From: Callorhinchus milii
Taxonomy: Eukaryota
Length of the DNA stretch: 64,000 bases
Reading direction: 5' to 3'
Assembly: GCF_018977255.1 (NCBI RefSeq)
Contig: NW_024704742.1
Span: forward strand, 9,736,001-9,800,000
Shown: piece after piece, positions 1-11,672 of the stretch
How positions within the stretch are numbered: position 1 is the first letter of the stretch
Layout of the letters: every line of letters begins with the position of its first letter
Notes under the pieces: generated by a model
What the model saw: only the letters and a program-made list of their open reading frames with translations
Database searches by the model: none
Told to the model about the DNA's origin: nothing
Position numbers and translations under genes: made by a program

Positions 1-13
1 TAGTCGAGAAAAT

Positions 14-492
14 AAAGTCCTCTTGTTCAGTTGGATGATAAGATCCCACGGCACGATTCAAAAAGAGAAGGGAGCTTCTCTGTTCCAGTGTCCTTGTGAA
101 CAAACCCCAAATAAAATTGGTCATTCACTTCGTGGCTGTTTATGGGACATTGCTCTCGGCCACTGGTAGCTAAGCCATGGCTGGAAGTGGCCCGTGGGTC
201 CATGAAGAAGTGGCCCGCGGCACATTCACCTCGGTCCAGGTGAGTCCGTTCCAAACCAATGGCTGGTTCCAGTAACTACCGAGCGGTGATACCCTTGGCT
301 CAGCCATAAATGAGGAAATGTTCAGTCAAGAACATTTAAATGGTTGGCTGACCAAAAATGTTAGCCAACACTGCTCTACGCAAATTTGTCTACTGCATTC
401 GCCCACAAAAACAGTCACTACATTTTACAATATGTACTGTGAAGTACTTCCAAAGGGAAAGGCACTCATCCAAAATGCAAGGAATATGATTA
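14..492 (+). mobile_element. Old Deu-domain SINE (SacSINE1/AmnSINE1-like), 5'-truncated, interrupted by a hAT MITE
   Basis: Deu-like motifs agatcccacggcacgattcaaaaagagaagggag, gggacattgct...gcaaatt and tail caaaatgcaagg; matches the copy at 38860-39313. Confidence 0.75.
161..373. mobile_element. hAT-like non-autonomous DNA transposon (MITE)
   Basis: Imperfect 13-bp TIRs (cactggtagctaa / ttagccaacactg, 10/13), degenerate 8-bp TSD (ctctcggc 153-160, ctctacgc 374-381), two aagtggcccg subterminal motifs; splits a SINE. Confidence 0.65.
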
Positions 493-865
493 TAACACAT
501 TCAATGTAAAACCACAATTTCATTAAATCATACGCATGAGGTACCTTGCAATGGAAACTGTTTCCCATCTAGTCCTGCTCATTGGACGTGTTTCTTATTA
601 TGAATCGTTTGAGAGCTATCTGGTCCAAGCCCAGAGCTAAGGACTCAGGAACTGGTGATAGTAATGGGGTGTGGGGAGGTTGGCTCTAACATTATATGTA
701 GTGGGAATGATCGTGGATATCAAAACGTATACAAAGGAAGCTGGAAATTCTCTTAAAGAAAGAGAAGTCTAGAAGTAACAATATCTGTGCAGTTCAGTCA
801 AGGTACGTTCAGTTCAGCAGCCAATTGTATCTTGAATTTTGAACTTTTATCTAGCACTAAGTTGA

Positions 866-1031
866 AACCCGGTTGTTAGTCGATTGGCGAATTGTTTTCC
901 GGGGGTAATAATACCTTCAAAATAAATAAATGCATACATAAATAAGACATCATATGCTGTGAAGCGCTTTGAGATGTTTTGAAGACATGGTAAGGAGCTA
1001 TATCAATTGCAAAGATTAATATTATATTATT
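866..1031 (+). mobile_element. Young SINE subfamily A, partial and internally deleted
   Basis: cccggttgttagtcgattggcg segment plus gtgaagcgctttgag tail. Confidence 0.75.
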
Positions 1032-2174
1032 AACTTTATCTCCACTAAGCAAGTGTGTTTCTTTCTGTCAGGAATTTCTCTTAAATACATCAATCCAGAA
1101 ATTTAAGTAGTGAGGATTTATTTATCTTAATAAACAAATGTTCGGATATCAGACGACTGAGACAGCAAAGAGGATTGACTTGATTCCAATCTTCCTTTGT
1201 TAAGTCAGCCTGAAAATGACTACTTAGATCCCCCCTCTCAAAAAAGGATAGTCAGGTCATTATACAAATGACAAAGGAAGTTTGAGCCCTCAATAGATGC
1301 AAATGGTATGCTTTGGCTCAGTTAACTGGAGAGAGCAACCAATGAGATTGATGGAGCAAGAGACACCAGTAAGAGCCAAACCAGCTGCTTTAGTTTTGTT
1401 ATCATTCAGTATAGCAAGTTAAAGTTCTTCCAGGACTTAATATCTGACAGACAGTTGGTCCGGAGAGTAATGACCTGGGATTAGAGTATAACTAGACAAC
1501 GTCAGGGCCAGCCATGAAGTTCATTTCTCATTAGGTTATCTCTGGCTCACTTGTGGTTTTGCTATTTTGTGTCCTGTCTTTCACTTGTGAAGATATAAAG
1601 GATAATTTATACAAAATAATTCACTTGGCTTGTTGTTAAACCACAGTCTCAAAAGCTACATGGTGCAATAATTAATTCCCCGTGGAAAGCTGATCGCAAC
1701 ATCTTGGTTCAATTGTTTGACAGGTGCCCCGAATTGAATGCTAAAATGAGCATTGGTGAGTTACAATTTAGTGATGGAATATCATCTTACATATATACCA
1801 GAGAAGACATGAAGTGCCGTTGGCAGTCACTCCAGACATGCGGTATTATCTGATATCAAAATAGACTTGCTCATACTCCCGCTTTTGTTCAGCACATGAA
1901 ATAGAGTGGAAATATGAATTAAATATAAATAAGCCTACTGTCCTTATAAATTACAAAACACATCTCTGCTTTTGGCTATTTTATTATCTCCTGGTGATAA
2001 ATGTGACTTTGGTGGACTGGAGATGCAAGCTATCCAGTAAATCACACACAGATGGTTCTCCTGAGCATAGGAGTCCTGGTTTGTTGTACCTGAACTCTCT
2101 CGAAGAAAAATTCACATCTTTTAAAATGCACAAGCAACAAGTATGTAATGTATACAGGGTGTATGGATATTAAT

Positions 2175-2351
2175 AATAATTTGGTCACTCAATCCACGAT
2201 CATTTGTGCGACACTGCCGTGCGCAATTGGCTGCCGCGTTTCGCCCACAAACTATAGTCAATTCACTTTGCAGTATATTCTGTGAAGCGCTTTGAGATGT
2301 CTCAAGGACATGATAAAGCGCTATATTAAATGCAAGGATTATTATTATTAG
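2175..2351 (+). mobile_element. Young SINE, 3' half
   Basis: ttggtcactcaatccacg...gcgcaattggctgccgcg...tgcaaggattattatt. Confidence 0.85.
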
Positions 2352-2674
2352 TAGTACTTTCCAGAATTATATAACCAGAATGCCTCTCTCTAGGGAGAGA
2401 TTGCTGCTCTCTTTCTAACCTTACACCTGCAGGGATCCCGATGAGACATGTCGCTGCAAAATGATCATCTTTCTCCACTCTCAGTTTCCTTGCCTCCTGA
2501 AATCCAGGAACATTTCCAAACCCACTTGTTCCTCCTGGTATAACAGCCACCTCTGTTCCCCTATATCCTAAACCAGCATGTTCGAGTGTAGATGACACAA
2601 AACCCCATGGTTTTGATACAAAACCTCATGTCTCATCGTTCATTGCCAGGTGTGGCTTGAGTATTTTCGTACCT

Positions 2675-3057
2675 ATCGCCTCTCCCTCTCAATGAAATTG
2701 CTTTCTACTCCAAGGCCATCCTGGAGATCAAAAATAATCCCCAGACGTTGATCTTCATTACTCATCACTTCCTCCACGTGCTCCTTCAAGCATCCTCGAA
2801 TGTCACATCTAATGCTAAGTGTAAAAAGCACCTGGACTTCTTCATCTCTAAGATAGACAACACCTGACTGACTGCCCCCTCCGCCTCCGCCCCCACCACC
2901 ATGTACCCCAGCAAATCCCCAATGCCTTCCACATCACCCATTCTTTCCTACCACTACCACTCCTTTGGCACCAGTTGTGCTTCCTCCCTCTCATCACCCG
3001 TATGAGCTCCTGCCCCAACCCCCCTCGTGAAGGTCGCTCTATTATTTTGTTGTTGTT
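2675..3057 (+). mobile_element. L2-clade LINE fragment (ORF2 piece joined to a 3' end)
   Basis: Translates as YSKAILEIKNNPQTLIF (L2 ORF2-like); ends in gtgaaggtcgct...(TTG)n. Confidence 0.6.
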
Positions 3058-3489
3058 CAGAATGTGCCTTCCATTCCAATAAATATCTTAGGAATTTCCA
3101 AATATAGGTGGGACGCAAGTTTGGTTTGGATATTCTTAAGCATGGTGATGGGTGTCAGACACCCGGCTGACCAAAGAAAATGCTGCTCTGCTGAATCTTG
3201 CTTACAGATCTAATTCTTGACAATATTTCAACCAGATCCTCCAGACTCTACATCTGTATTAAGTCTGCGGTGTCGTTTTGTAAAGTTCAAACAATCTGTC
3301 CCACTCGATGTGAATTAGCCATTAAGTGAAGTAAATTCCCGTCGACCTTCCCCTGTTTGAACACATTCCACACGCTGCTTGCGAGAAAGACGCACAAACA
3401 TGGATGCACATATGGAAAAGCTGTTAAAACTGGGAATAGTATATGAAAGTGGAGAAATTTCTTTAAAATGTCATCTCCTCACCTCCCCT

Positions 3490-3612
3490 CTAGACTCTCT
3501 ACCCCCTCCTCGCTTCCTCCCTTCCCTCCTCTCACCCTGACCATTTCCCCCCTGCCCAGGTCCCGACCCGACCCAACTGGTCCTCCCGACGTGAAAGACG
3601 TGTTGTTGTTGT
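3490..3612 (+). mobile_element. L2 3' end
   Basis: C-rich 3' UTR, tcctcccgacgtgaaag, (TTG)n. Confidence 0.65.
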
Positions 3613-3764
3613 CTGTGACAAACAGTATGAATAACAACAACGTCATGTCCTGGAGTAGTGTCTCAAAACATGAAATGCAAAAATAAGAGGTGAAAGGAAG
3701 ACAATAATAGTAATAATCCTTGCATTTAATATAGCTGTCTGCTCTGAAATTGTCCTCTGCAGCT

Positions 3765-4030
3765 CTAAACCTATGTCCTCTTGCTCTACTATCTCGATGC
3801 ATCCAAAGTATTGTTACAAAGTTACTTTCTCAAACCCATTTAAAATGTTAGATACCTTTCTAAGCCCCCTCCAAGACATCTCTTTTCAACAATGGAAAGC
3901 CCAAGCTTGTCTAATTATTGCTCATAGCTCATTCCTTTAATGACGGCTTGATTGAATGCAAGCTCTGTTATGTATCTGAATTCCACAGTGACACACGGGG
4001 CAATTCAGATATGATATGACCCAATAGCCA
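3765..4030 (-). mobile_element. Degenerate CR1 fragment
   Basis: Minus strand resembles the CR1 ORF2 C-terminal region seen in other copies. Confidence 0.5.
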
Positions 4031-4583
4031 GCTGTCAAACACTGACGGAGGTTCCAACATGTCTGAGGTAGATAAGAATCTGAGAATGAAAAGATCCAGG
4101 CATGGATCCAGGGTACAGAACACAAGCAGATATAATGATCATGTATGGTTTGTAAACAGAGGTGTTGTAAATAGATTTCCTGTATAATCATATACTGCAA
4201 ACAAATGTGATCTTCACATCTACCCACCTCAGATGCTGGACAAAAGTTAGAGATATGATGTGCCTACTCTACAGATGTTCCCTTATCTTGCATACAGTTA
4301 AACAAGCGATACTGGCAGTACACAGTGATTAGTTTCATCTTGTCATTGATATGTAAAATATTTACCTTTTTTCAGCTTCACATTAGAGGCCACGTGCCTC
4401 TATCTGGCAATTATTTTCTGTGTTCTGCTCCATTGGAAACTCTGCTGTGCCTTGTTTGCTCAGTGTCTCGAAGCGAACCTCTGACAAGCACTGCCCTCCT
4501 GTGCCCACGGAGAGATTTACAGAGGCCTGAAATTCCATCTGGTTTTAATGGATAACACTATTTGGTCTTAAAATTTAAGATAT

Positions 4584-5323
4584 AATAATAATCCTTGCAT
4601 TTGATATAGCGCCTTTTGGAACTCTGTAGCTCAGTGGTTAGAGCACTCGCCTCGCAAGTGAGAGACACCTGCGTTCTATTTCTGGCAGGACAAAACGTTG
4701 GGCAACTTTCCTTCCTCCCACACCTCTGTTTACCGAGCAGTAAGTAGGAACCTGGTTGTTAGTCAATTACCGGATCGCTTTTCTAGGGATAATAATCCCT
4801 AAAAAAAAACAATAATAATTTGGTCACTCAATCCACGACTGTTTGTGGCACACTTGTGCGCAATTGGCTGCCTCGTTTCACCCACAAATATACAGTCAAT
4901 TCACTTTACAGTATATTCTGTGAAGCGCTTTGAGACGTCTAAGAGATGTGAAAAGCACTATATCAAATGCAAGGATTAATATTATCAAGTCTTCTAGACG
5001 TCTCAAAGCACTTCACAGAATACACTGTAGAGTGCATTTTGTGGGCGAAACGTGGCAGCCAATTGGCAATTGCTCACAGCAGTGTCCCACAAACAGTCAT
5101 GGATTAAGTGATCAAATTATTATTTTTTTAAAAAAATTTGAAGGGATCTTTACCCCAGAAAAGCGACGCAGCCAATCGATTAACAATCGGGTTCCTACTT
5201 ACTGCTAGGTAAATAGAGGTGTGACGTAAGGAAACTTGCCTAAGGTTTCGCCCTGATTGGGAATCGAACCCAGATCCTCTCGCTTGCGAGGTGAGCGCTC
5301 TAACCACAGGGCTTAAAGACTCC
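4584..5323 (-). mobile_element. Young SINE subfamily A (host; segments 4584-4617 and about 4986-5323)
   Basis: Tail at 4584-4617 continues after the inserted copy; tRNA head at about 5250-5323. Confidence 0.9.
4618..4985 (+). mobile_element. Young SINE subfamily A, full length, nested antisense in another copy
   Basis: Head tgtagctcagtggttagagcactcgcctcgcaag; tail tgcaaggattaatatt. Confidence 0.92.
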
Positions 5324-5754
5324 CAGATTCTGCAGAATTGGGAAAAAATGCTTAAAATAGTCTTAATTTGGAAGCTAGTTTCCACAGTTCTTGAAAATAA
5401 CCAGTTTTCAAATGAAGAGTATTTTTTGTGTGACGTTTAAGTCCTAAATCAAGACCATGTTGGGTACAGGAGTGCCATTTATGCATAGCCGGTGTTGTTA
5501 ACATTCCTTTCAGTTTCAAAGTTGTCCAATAGAGTTGATTGGTAGATATCCACTGCTATTCAGGGTATCAGTGTCTAATAATCATATTCCTTACATTTGA
5601 AAAAGCACCTTATCACATCTTTGAGCCTCCTCAAGCATTTCACAGGATATTACCGTAATGTTATAAGAAAGTGTATGATATACGCTATACAGTCAATTCA
5701 CTCTACAGTGAAGCACTGTGAAGCACTCTAGAAGACTTGACAATTTTAATTTTA

Positions 5755-5945
5755 ATCCTTACATTTGATATAGCGCTTTATATCAGCCAATTGGCACAAA
5801 GCAATGTCCAACAATCAGCCATTTGAAGTGAATGTGGGGAATTATTGGCCAAGACACTGGGATAAACTTCCTTCTCTTTTTGAAGGTCCACCTGAATGGG
5901 CAAATGTGGTCTTGATCTAACATCTATCCAAAGGGTGGATATGGC
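5755..5945 (-). mobile_element. Old Deu SINE fragment
   Basis: ttggccaagacactggg and gtccacctgaatgggca are the reverse of the Deu core. Confidence 0.65.
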
Positions 5946-7464
5946 TAATATCGTGATTTTCATGAACTCTCGAATCAGTTATTTCATAGGATCACATTTC
6001 AGGAGTCAGGAGAGACATTTTTCCCCCTGAAACGGCCTTGTTTTTTTTCCTCATTATTTTTCACAGAAGGGTGGTTGGGGAATGACAACAACCGAGTTGC
6101 TAACAACAGGAGAGAAGAGTAAATTGGAGTATTGGCTGGGACGTCGAGTGGGGGAGTTATCTCTGGAGTCTCTGAATGGAGTTCTGGGCCCTTTTCCACT
6201 TTTTCCTTTCTATGTAAGCACAAAAACAGGCTGTATCGAGATCAATATTGTAATCGACATGCCAGGCCCTTGACATCCTTGTATTTGGGTTAGAGGAAGT
6301 GGATCTCAGGGGCTTGTGCTTGAGAAATCATCCTTAGGCTAATAACCTGTTTTGAAAGGGCACAATGGAAAGGGCAGGGTGTGTGCACACAGAGAACTTA
6401 CTGATTAACACATATTATTTGTGTAGTAACTCAGTTAAGAATTTTAAGAGCAGGAAACATTTTTGACCATCAGCTAAGAGTTCTTTCTGAGACTAATGCT
6501 GTGTTTATAGAGCATGTAGGGGAAGGAAAGTTGCTTCCAGCAAATACAGTGATGTGAAAAAGAAACCTTAATGTGTATTTCCTACACCTCATTGACGAAA
6601 CCAAACCTTTGATAAACAACACTTGATTTTTGCTGTATGTGCATTTACAGCTTAGCACGTGGGCATAGAACACTCAACTCTGTTTATTTTTCATGGTTAC
6701 AAAAGAGCCAATTTTTTTAATAACTTTAACACAAAAGTTCAATTGGGATGTCTGCTAGACCGGCTGAAAGTTTTCAATGGAGGAGCAGAGACTAATTCAG
6801 CTCACACCCGTTATATTGGCTTACATTCACCTACAAATGCACCGGCATTATGCTACAGTACACTGCAATAAATTCTGTGAATATGTCAATGTTATAATAA
6901 AGTGCCATATCATATGTTAAGATTATTGCATGGAATATGTTTATACTGTGTGGGTAGATGCAAATTGAACTGCTCTTGAAACCACCTGCTCCCAGTTATG
7001 CCCAAGGGAAGGGAGGGAGAGTGGACTTTAAGACGATTTGTGATGCTTAATCTTGACTAATATTGCAATCTTCGGGGATGTGACCCTGCAGGAGGGACGC
7101 TATATAAATGCAAGTTGTTCTTGTTGTTGCTGATGGTGAATTACCACAAAAGTGTCAGCGATGCACTGTTTGAACACAGCATGGCTTTACTTGACTTTGC
7201 TCATAGTCTCTAATCAAATGGCTAAAGTTGTCTTATGATGTGTAAAGAAAGAAGAGGTCACGATATTTATTCCATGGGCACATTCTCTATTGTCTTCTCT
7301 TCTTCCCCCCCCCCCACCTCCTCCAACTCCTCTTTCCTACCTCATCCCCCATCTGATGAAAAAGCCACTCAAGCATTAAAAGTGGTCATCAACACTGAAA
7401 GCCCAAATATTCAAACAGGATACACACCATGCTGGAGGAAAATATCTCTTCAGGCAAATCTTTG

Positions 7465-7710
7465 ATAATCCTTACATTTGATCGAACGCCTTTCATGTCA
7501 GGAAGATGTCTCCAAGTGCTTCAAAGGATATTAGTGTAAAATGTAATGCCTGGATAATTTGTGCATAACAATGTCCCTCAAAGAGAATGAAGTCAATGGC
7601 CAATTTTATTTGGGGTTTTATGGCCAAGACATCAGGAAAAACTCCCTTCTGTTTTAGAATAGAATTGTGGGACCTTTAAAGTTGACCTGAGCAGAAAGAC
7701 AGGACTTCAG
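7465..7710 (-). mobile_element. Old Deu SINE fragment
   Basis: Tail taatccttacatttgat and ggccaagacatcaggaaaactccc. Confidence 0.65.
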
Positions 7711-8728
7711 CTAAATTACTTTATTTTCTGCATAAAATAGGAAGAATCAAACCCTTCTGTATGGTTTTGTTGGTTTTCAAATGAATGGATGACACATTCA
7801 CATTATTTTACACACCTTAAAAGAGTGAGCTATGCCCTATAATATCTGCCCAACAATGGACTGGAAACGTACGTGTCCACAATTGAACATTATCCAGAAC
7901 GCAGCAGAAATTGGCCAAGTTCCTATTCCAGTTAATGAGAAATGGAGATCTGCCATTTTTATAAATCCCCAGGACAGGTTCATGAGGGGTACAAGCTATT
8001 TACACATGTTCAACGCATTTACTTCATGTGGAAATGGCAATGTTCTCATATCTGTACGAGTTCTTTTGTTTTGTGCGACGTCCAGATGTCCACTCAACAT
8101 ATGGACGTGTGCATATAGACTAATGGTCTAATGCAAAGAAAGGCACAAGGGGATTGTTGGTAAGAAATGAAATATTCAACATTGGCAGCCATTCTTCCAA
8201 AGTCACAATACACCATTGTATCTGGCTGTGGTGGGACTGGGAGTCCTTGATATAACCATTGGGTTCCAAAGTCCAAGAGTTTTCCATTCTCTGCCACTGC
8301 ATTGTTCACAATGATATCCCCTCCCTCCTTCTCCCCGCCACCACCCCGCCAAATAAAAACACAGACGAGACAAAGAGAAACTAGGAGCAGAGAAAGAGAC
8401 CTCTGAAGCAAAAGTAATCCTTACATTTGATGTGCATTTGATATAGAAGGTGGTGGTACAGGGATTGTCATCAGACTGGGCAAATGTTACCAGTGGAGAT
8501 CCACAGAAGTCTGTTTTGGGACCCCTTTTATTTAACATCTTCATAAATGACCTGGAGCTAGGAGTCACAAACACAGTGGAAACATTTGCAGATGACACAA
8601 AGATAATGAAGGTGGTAGACTGGATAGGTTACAGGAGGACTTGAACATTCTTGGGGTTGGGCAAACTGATGGCAGATAAACTTTAATGTAGAGAAATGCA
8701 AAGTGCTTCACATACGGACAAAAAATAC

Positions 8729-8761
8729 AGGAAGGAAGGAAGGAAGGAAGGAAGGAAGGAA
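8729..8761. repeat. (GGAA)n microsatellite inside CR1
   Basis: About 8 tandem units seen directly. Confidence 0.9.
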
Positions 8762-8868
8762 CTATCATTTAAATGGTAAGAAAATAATCGATACGGAAAA
8801 TGAAAAGGACCAACGATCCTGATTGATAATAAATTGAAGCTATCCCAACAGTCTTCTGTAGCAGTGAG

Positions 8869-9524
8869 GTAGATAAAGCTGTAAAAAGGGCATATAGGAT
8901 ATTAGGCTTTATTAATAGGGGCATAGAGTACAAGAGTCAGGAGGTTATGATTAACCAAATAAAACACTGGTTAGGCCTCAGTTAGAATACTGCACCCAGT
9001 TCTGGGCACCACACTATAGGAAGGACGTTAAGGCATTGGAAAGGGTGCAGAGGAGATTTACGAGGATGGTACCAGGAATGAGGGACCTTGATTATGAGGA
9101 AAGGCTTGAGAGGCGAGGATTATTCTCATTGGAGCAGAGAAGGTTACGATGAGACCTAATAGAGGTCTTCAAAATCATGAGGGGATTTGATAGGTTAGAA
9201 AGGGAAAAACTGTTTCCACTGGTGGGAGTGTCGGTGACTCGAGGTCACAGATTCAAAATAGTATCTAAAAGAAGCAGAGGGGAGGTGAGAAGAATTTTTT
9301 TTCACGCAACGAGTTGTTCGAATCTAGAACTCATTGCCTGAAAGGGTGGTCGAGGCCGATTCGATAACTATTTTTAAAAACGCGGTGGACGGGTATTTGA
9401 GGAGGACGCTTTGCCGGGTTATAGGGAAAGGGCTGGGGAGTGGGATTGACATTACATTGCTCTATACAAACTCGATGGGCTGAATGGCCTCTTTTTGTGC
9501 TGTGCGATTCTATGATTCTATGAT
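8869..9524 (+). mobile_element. CR1 LINE family 3, 3' part, nested in CR1 family 2
   Basis: ILGFINRGIEYKSQEV and [16 protein letters not shown]; tail gattctatgattctatga. Confidence 0.92.
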
Positions 9525-9582
9525 AAGGCAAACCAGATGCTGGGCTGTATTAAAAGGGCAATATTGAGCCAAAATAGTGGGG

Positions 9583-9896
9583 TAATAATAATAACAATCC
9601 TTGAATTTGATATAGCGCTTTTCACGTCTTCTAGACGTCTCAAAGTGTTTCACAGAATATGCGGTAAAGTGAATTGACTGTATATTTGTGGGCAAAACGT
9701 GGCAGCCAATTGCGCACAGCAGTGTCCCACAAACAGTCGTGGATTGAAAATGACCAATTTATTATTGTTTTGTTTTTTGGAGGGATTATTATTAGGTGTG
9801 TGGAGTAAGGAAACTTGCCCAAGGTTTCGTCTTGCCTGGAATTGAACCCAGGTGTCTCGCTTGCAAGGCGAGTGCTCTAACCACTGAGCTACTCCA
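9583..9896 (-). mobile_element. Young SINE subfamily B (short form), nested in CR1
   Basis: TGC-type head, lacks the roughly 70-bp A-specific segment, (AAT)n tail. Confidence 0.92.
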
Positions 9897-10967
9897 CAAT
9901 CCTGACACTTTATAAATCACTGATGCGACTGCAGTTGTGTGCAGTTGTAGTCACCGTAATATAAAAAGGATATTGCAGTGATTGAGAGGATACAGAGGAG
10001 GGCAACCAAAATGATTGAGGGGATGAGGTGACTGGTCTACAGGAGTGATCAGATAAACTGGGCATGTTCACGCTAGAGAAGGGAAGGTTGAGGGCTGATA
10101 TGATTACAGTCTTTAAGATTCTGAAGGGAATAGATAATGTAGACCATTATAAGCTGTTTTATCTTGTACTGAACAGTTGAACCAGAGGACACGCACGGCC
10201 TATGATTGAAGGGGGTAAAATCAGAACAATTCTGCGGAAACATTACTTCATTGAGCGAGTAATAAACTTATGGAACAGGCTCCCTAAGGAGACAATGGAA
10301 GCAGAAAATGTTGTTTGTTTCAAGAACAAATTAGATAGATTTCTGCTAGAAAATAATATCTCAGGATACAATATATAGTTTGGGACATGACATGTCAAAC
10401 AACTACCAGGACAGTGGAAGGCGAACCAGATGGACCTTGGTCTTGTTTCGCCAAACAGTGTTCTTATCACTGTAACATCTCAAAGTGCTTTTGTAGCCAA
10501 CACAGTCTTCCATTGCACACCGCAATGTACCACAAACAGCTATAAAGTAAATGACCAGTTTATCATGATACCAGAGACTCTCTTTTCTCTTTTCAACCAT
10601 TCATGAGCTCTTTAATGTCCACCTGAACAAGGAGGACCTCAATTTAACGCATCATCTGAAGGATGAATATGTAGAACTGCCCCAATCGTATTCTGGAGTG
10701 TCAAACCTAAACTGTAAGATCAAGTTCTAATGCAGGGCTTGACCGCACAACCTGTTGACTCAGTAGCCAGAGTGCACCTGGAAAGACAATCAAAGTATGT
10801 TCTTTCTCTATACACTATGGATTTTGCCTACATACATTCATCTGGTGTATAAATCTGTTCATATACAGTTTCCATACTTCTGATTTATATTCAGTTCTGG
10901 GTGTGCTGAAAAATCATCACCATTCCCCAATGGTGGTAACACAAAGAAAGTCTCTATGTTATGTTTG

Positions 10968-11080
10968 TTAGAACAGGGTATTAAGGGATATGTGGCAAGG
11001 GTGGGTAAGTGGATTTGAGGTACAGATCAGCCATGATCTTATAGAACAGGCTTGAGATGCTGAATGGCCTACTCCTGTTT
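10968..11080 (+). mobile_element. CR1 3' UTR fragment
   Basis: gatcagccatgatctt...tgaatggcctactcctg. Confidence 0.75.
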
Positions 11081-11304
11081 TTATGACTGTTTTCTGTTCA
11101 TTTTGAGCTGTGATGCTGGAGGAATTATTTGTCTGAATGACAGATAAGATGGACAAGTCTCAGGTAATTTGAAATTGCAGTTGCTTGCAAAAGATATGGT
11201 CATTCAGTGCATTGAGCTTATAGCCTGATTGAATTTGAAGGTATAATCTTGCTGGTGGACAGAAACTGTGAACAAACAACTTTCCGAGTATACACACACT
11301 TTAT

Positions 11305-11505
11305 CAGAACATTCGGAGGTACACAGTACTTCCTGTGGTTATAGGAATACAGAATATCTGGGGGTATGTCGTATTCCTTGTGGTTTTAGGAACAGAACAT
11401 ATCTGGGGACATACAGTACATGTGATTATACCGTGCTTGTGATTGTAGGAACAGAACATTTCTGGGATATACAGTACTTTCTTGTGGTTATAGGAACTAT
11501 AGAAT
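11305..11505. repeat. Minisatellite, about 45-bp unit, 4-5 degenerate copies
   Basis: Recurring tacagtact..ttgtggttataggaa..agaacatatctgggg. Confidence 0.8.
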
Positions 11506-11579
11506 GACAGTCAATTTTTTTTTCCCCCTTGTGCAATTTTCTGTTCTTACTCCTCCACTTCTGATGTTAGAAGATTTAT

Positions 11580-11672
11580 GGGTAGAAATTCCACCGGGTC
11601 TAGATTTATTTTATTATTATTGTATTTTCAGAGCAGTAGAGTAGATTTAAGACCCAGATGGAATTGCTACCC
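11580..11672. mobile_element. Hairpin MITE family (GGGTAGAAATTCCA TIR), short derivative
   Basis: gggtagaaattccaccgggtctagattt pairs with agatttaagacccagatggaattgctaccc. Confidence 0.7.

Larger units (their letters stand above)
8448..10462 (+). mobile_element. CR1 LINE family 2, 5'-truncated pseudo-ORF2, host of two insertions
   Basis: [23 protein letters not shown]...FADDTK RT motifs; 3' end ggaaggcgaaccagatggaccttggtc shared with about 60629-60660. Confidence 0.92.
8415..10775 (-). mobile_element. Old Deu SINE split by a CR1 insertion (segments 8415-8447 and about 10462-10775)
   Basis: Tail taatccttacatttgat...gatatag before the CR1; body resumes at ttatcactgtaacatctcaaagtg...gtccacctgaac. 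Confidence 0.6.

Noticed and set aside
1724..1755. Possible 32-nt exon (tttgacag ... gtgagt), frame CPELNAKMSI
   Set aside because: Splice-like signals only; no recognisable protein and no partner exons.
4376..4555. Strong acceptor followed by an open frame
   Set aside because: The peptide is unrecognisable and the frame ends in a MITE arm.
4618..4692. tRNA-Ala genes at the many SINE heads
   Set aside because: Each is followed by SINE body sequence, the copies are mutated, and G3:U70 is absent; treated as SINE heads.
6068..6125. Acceptor plus an RFX-like GTTGCTAACAAC motif
   Set aside because: Short frames and an imperfect motif; compatible with chance.
11305..11505. CRISPR-like array
   Set aside because: Units are contiguous and degenerate with no unique spacers, in vertebrate DNA with no cas genes.
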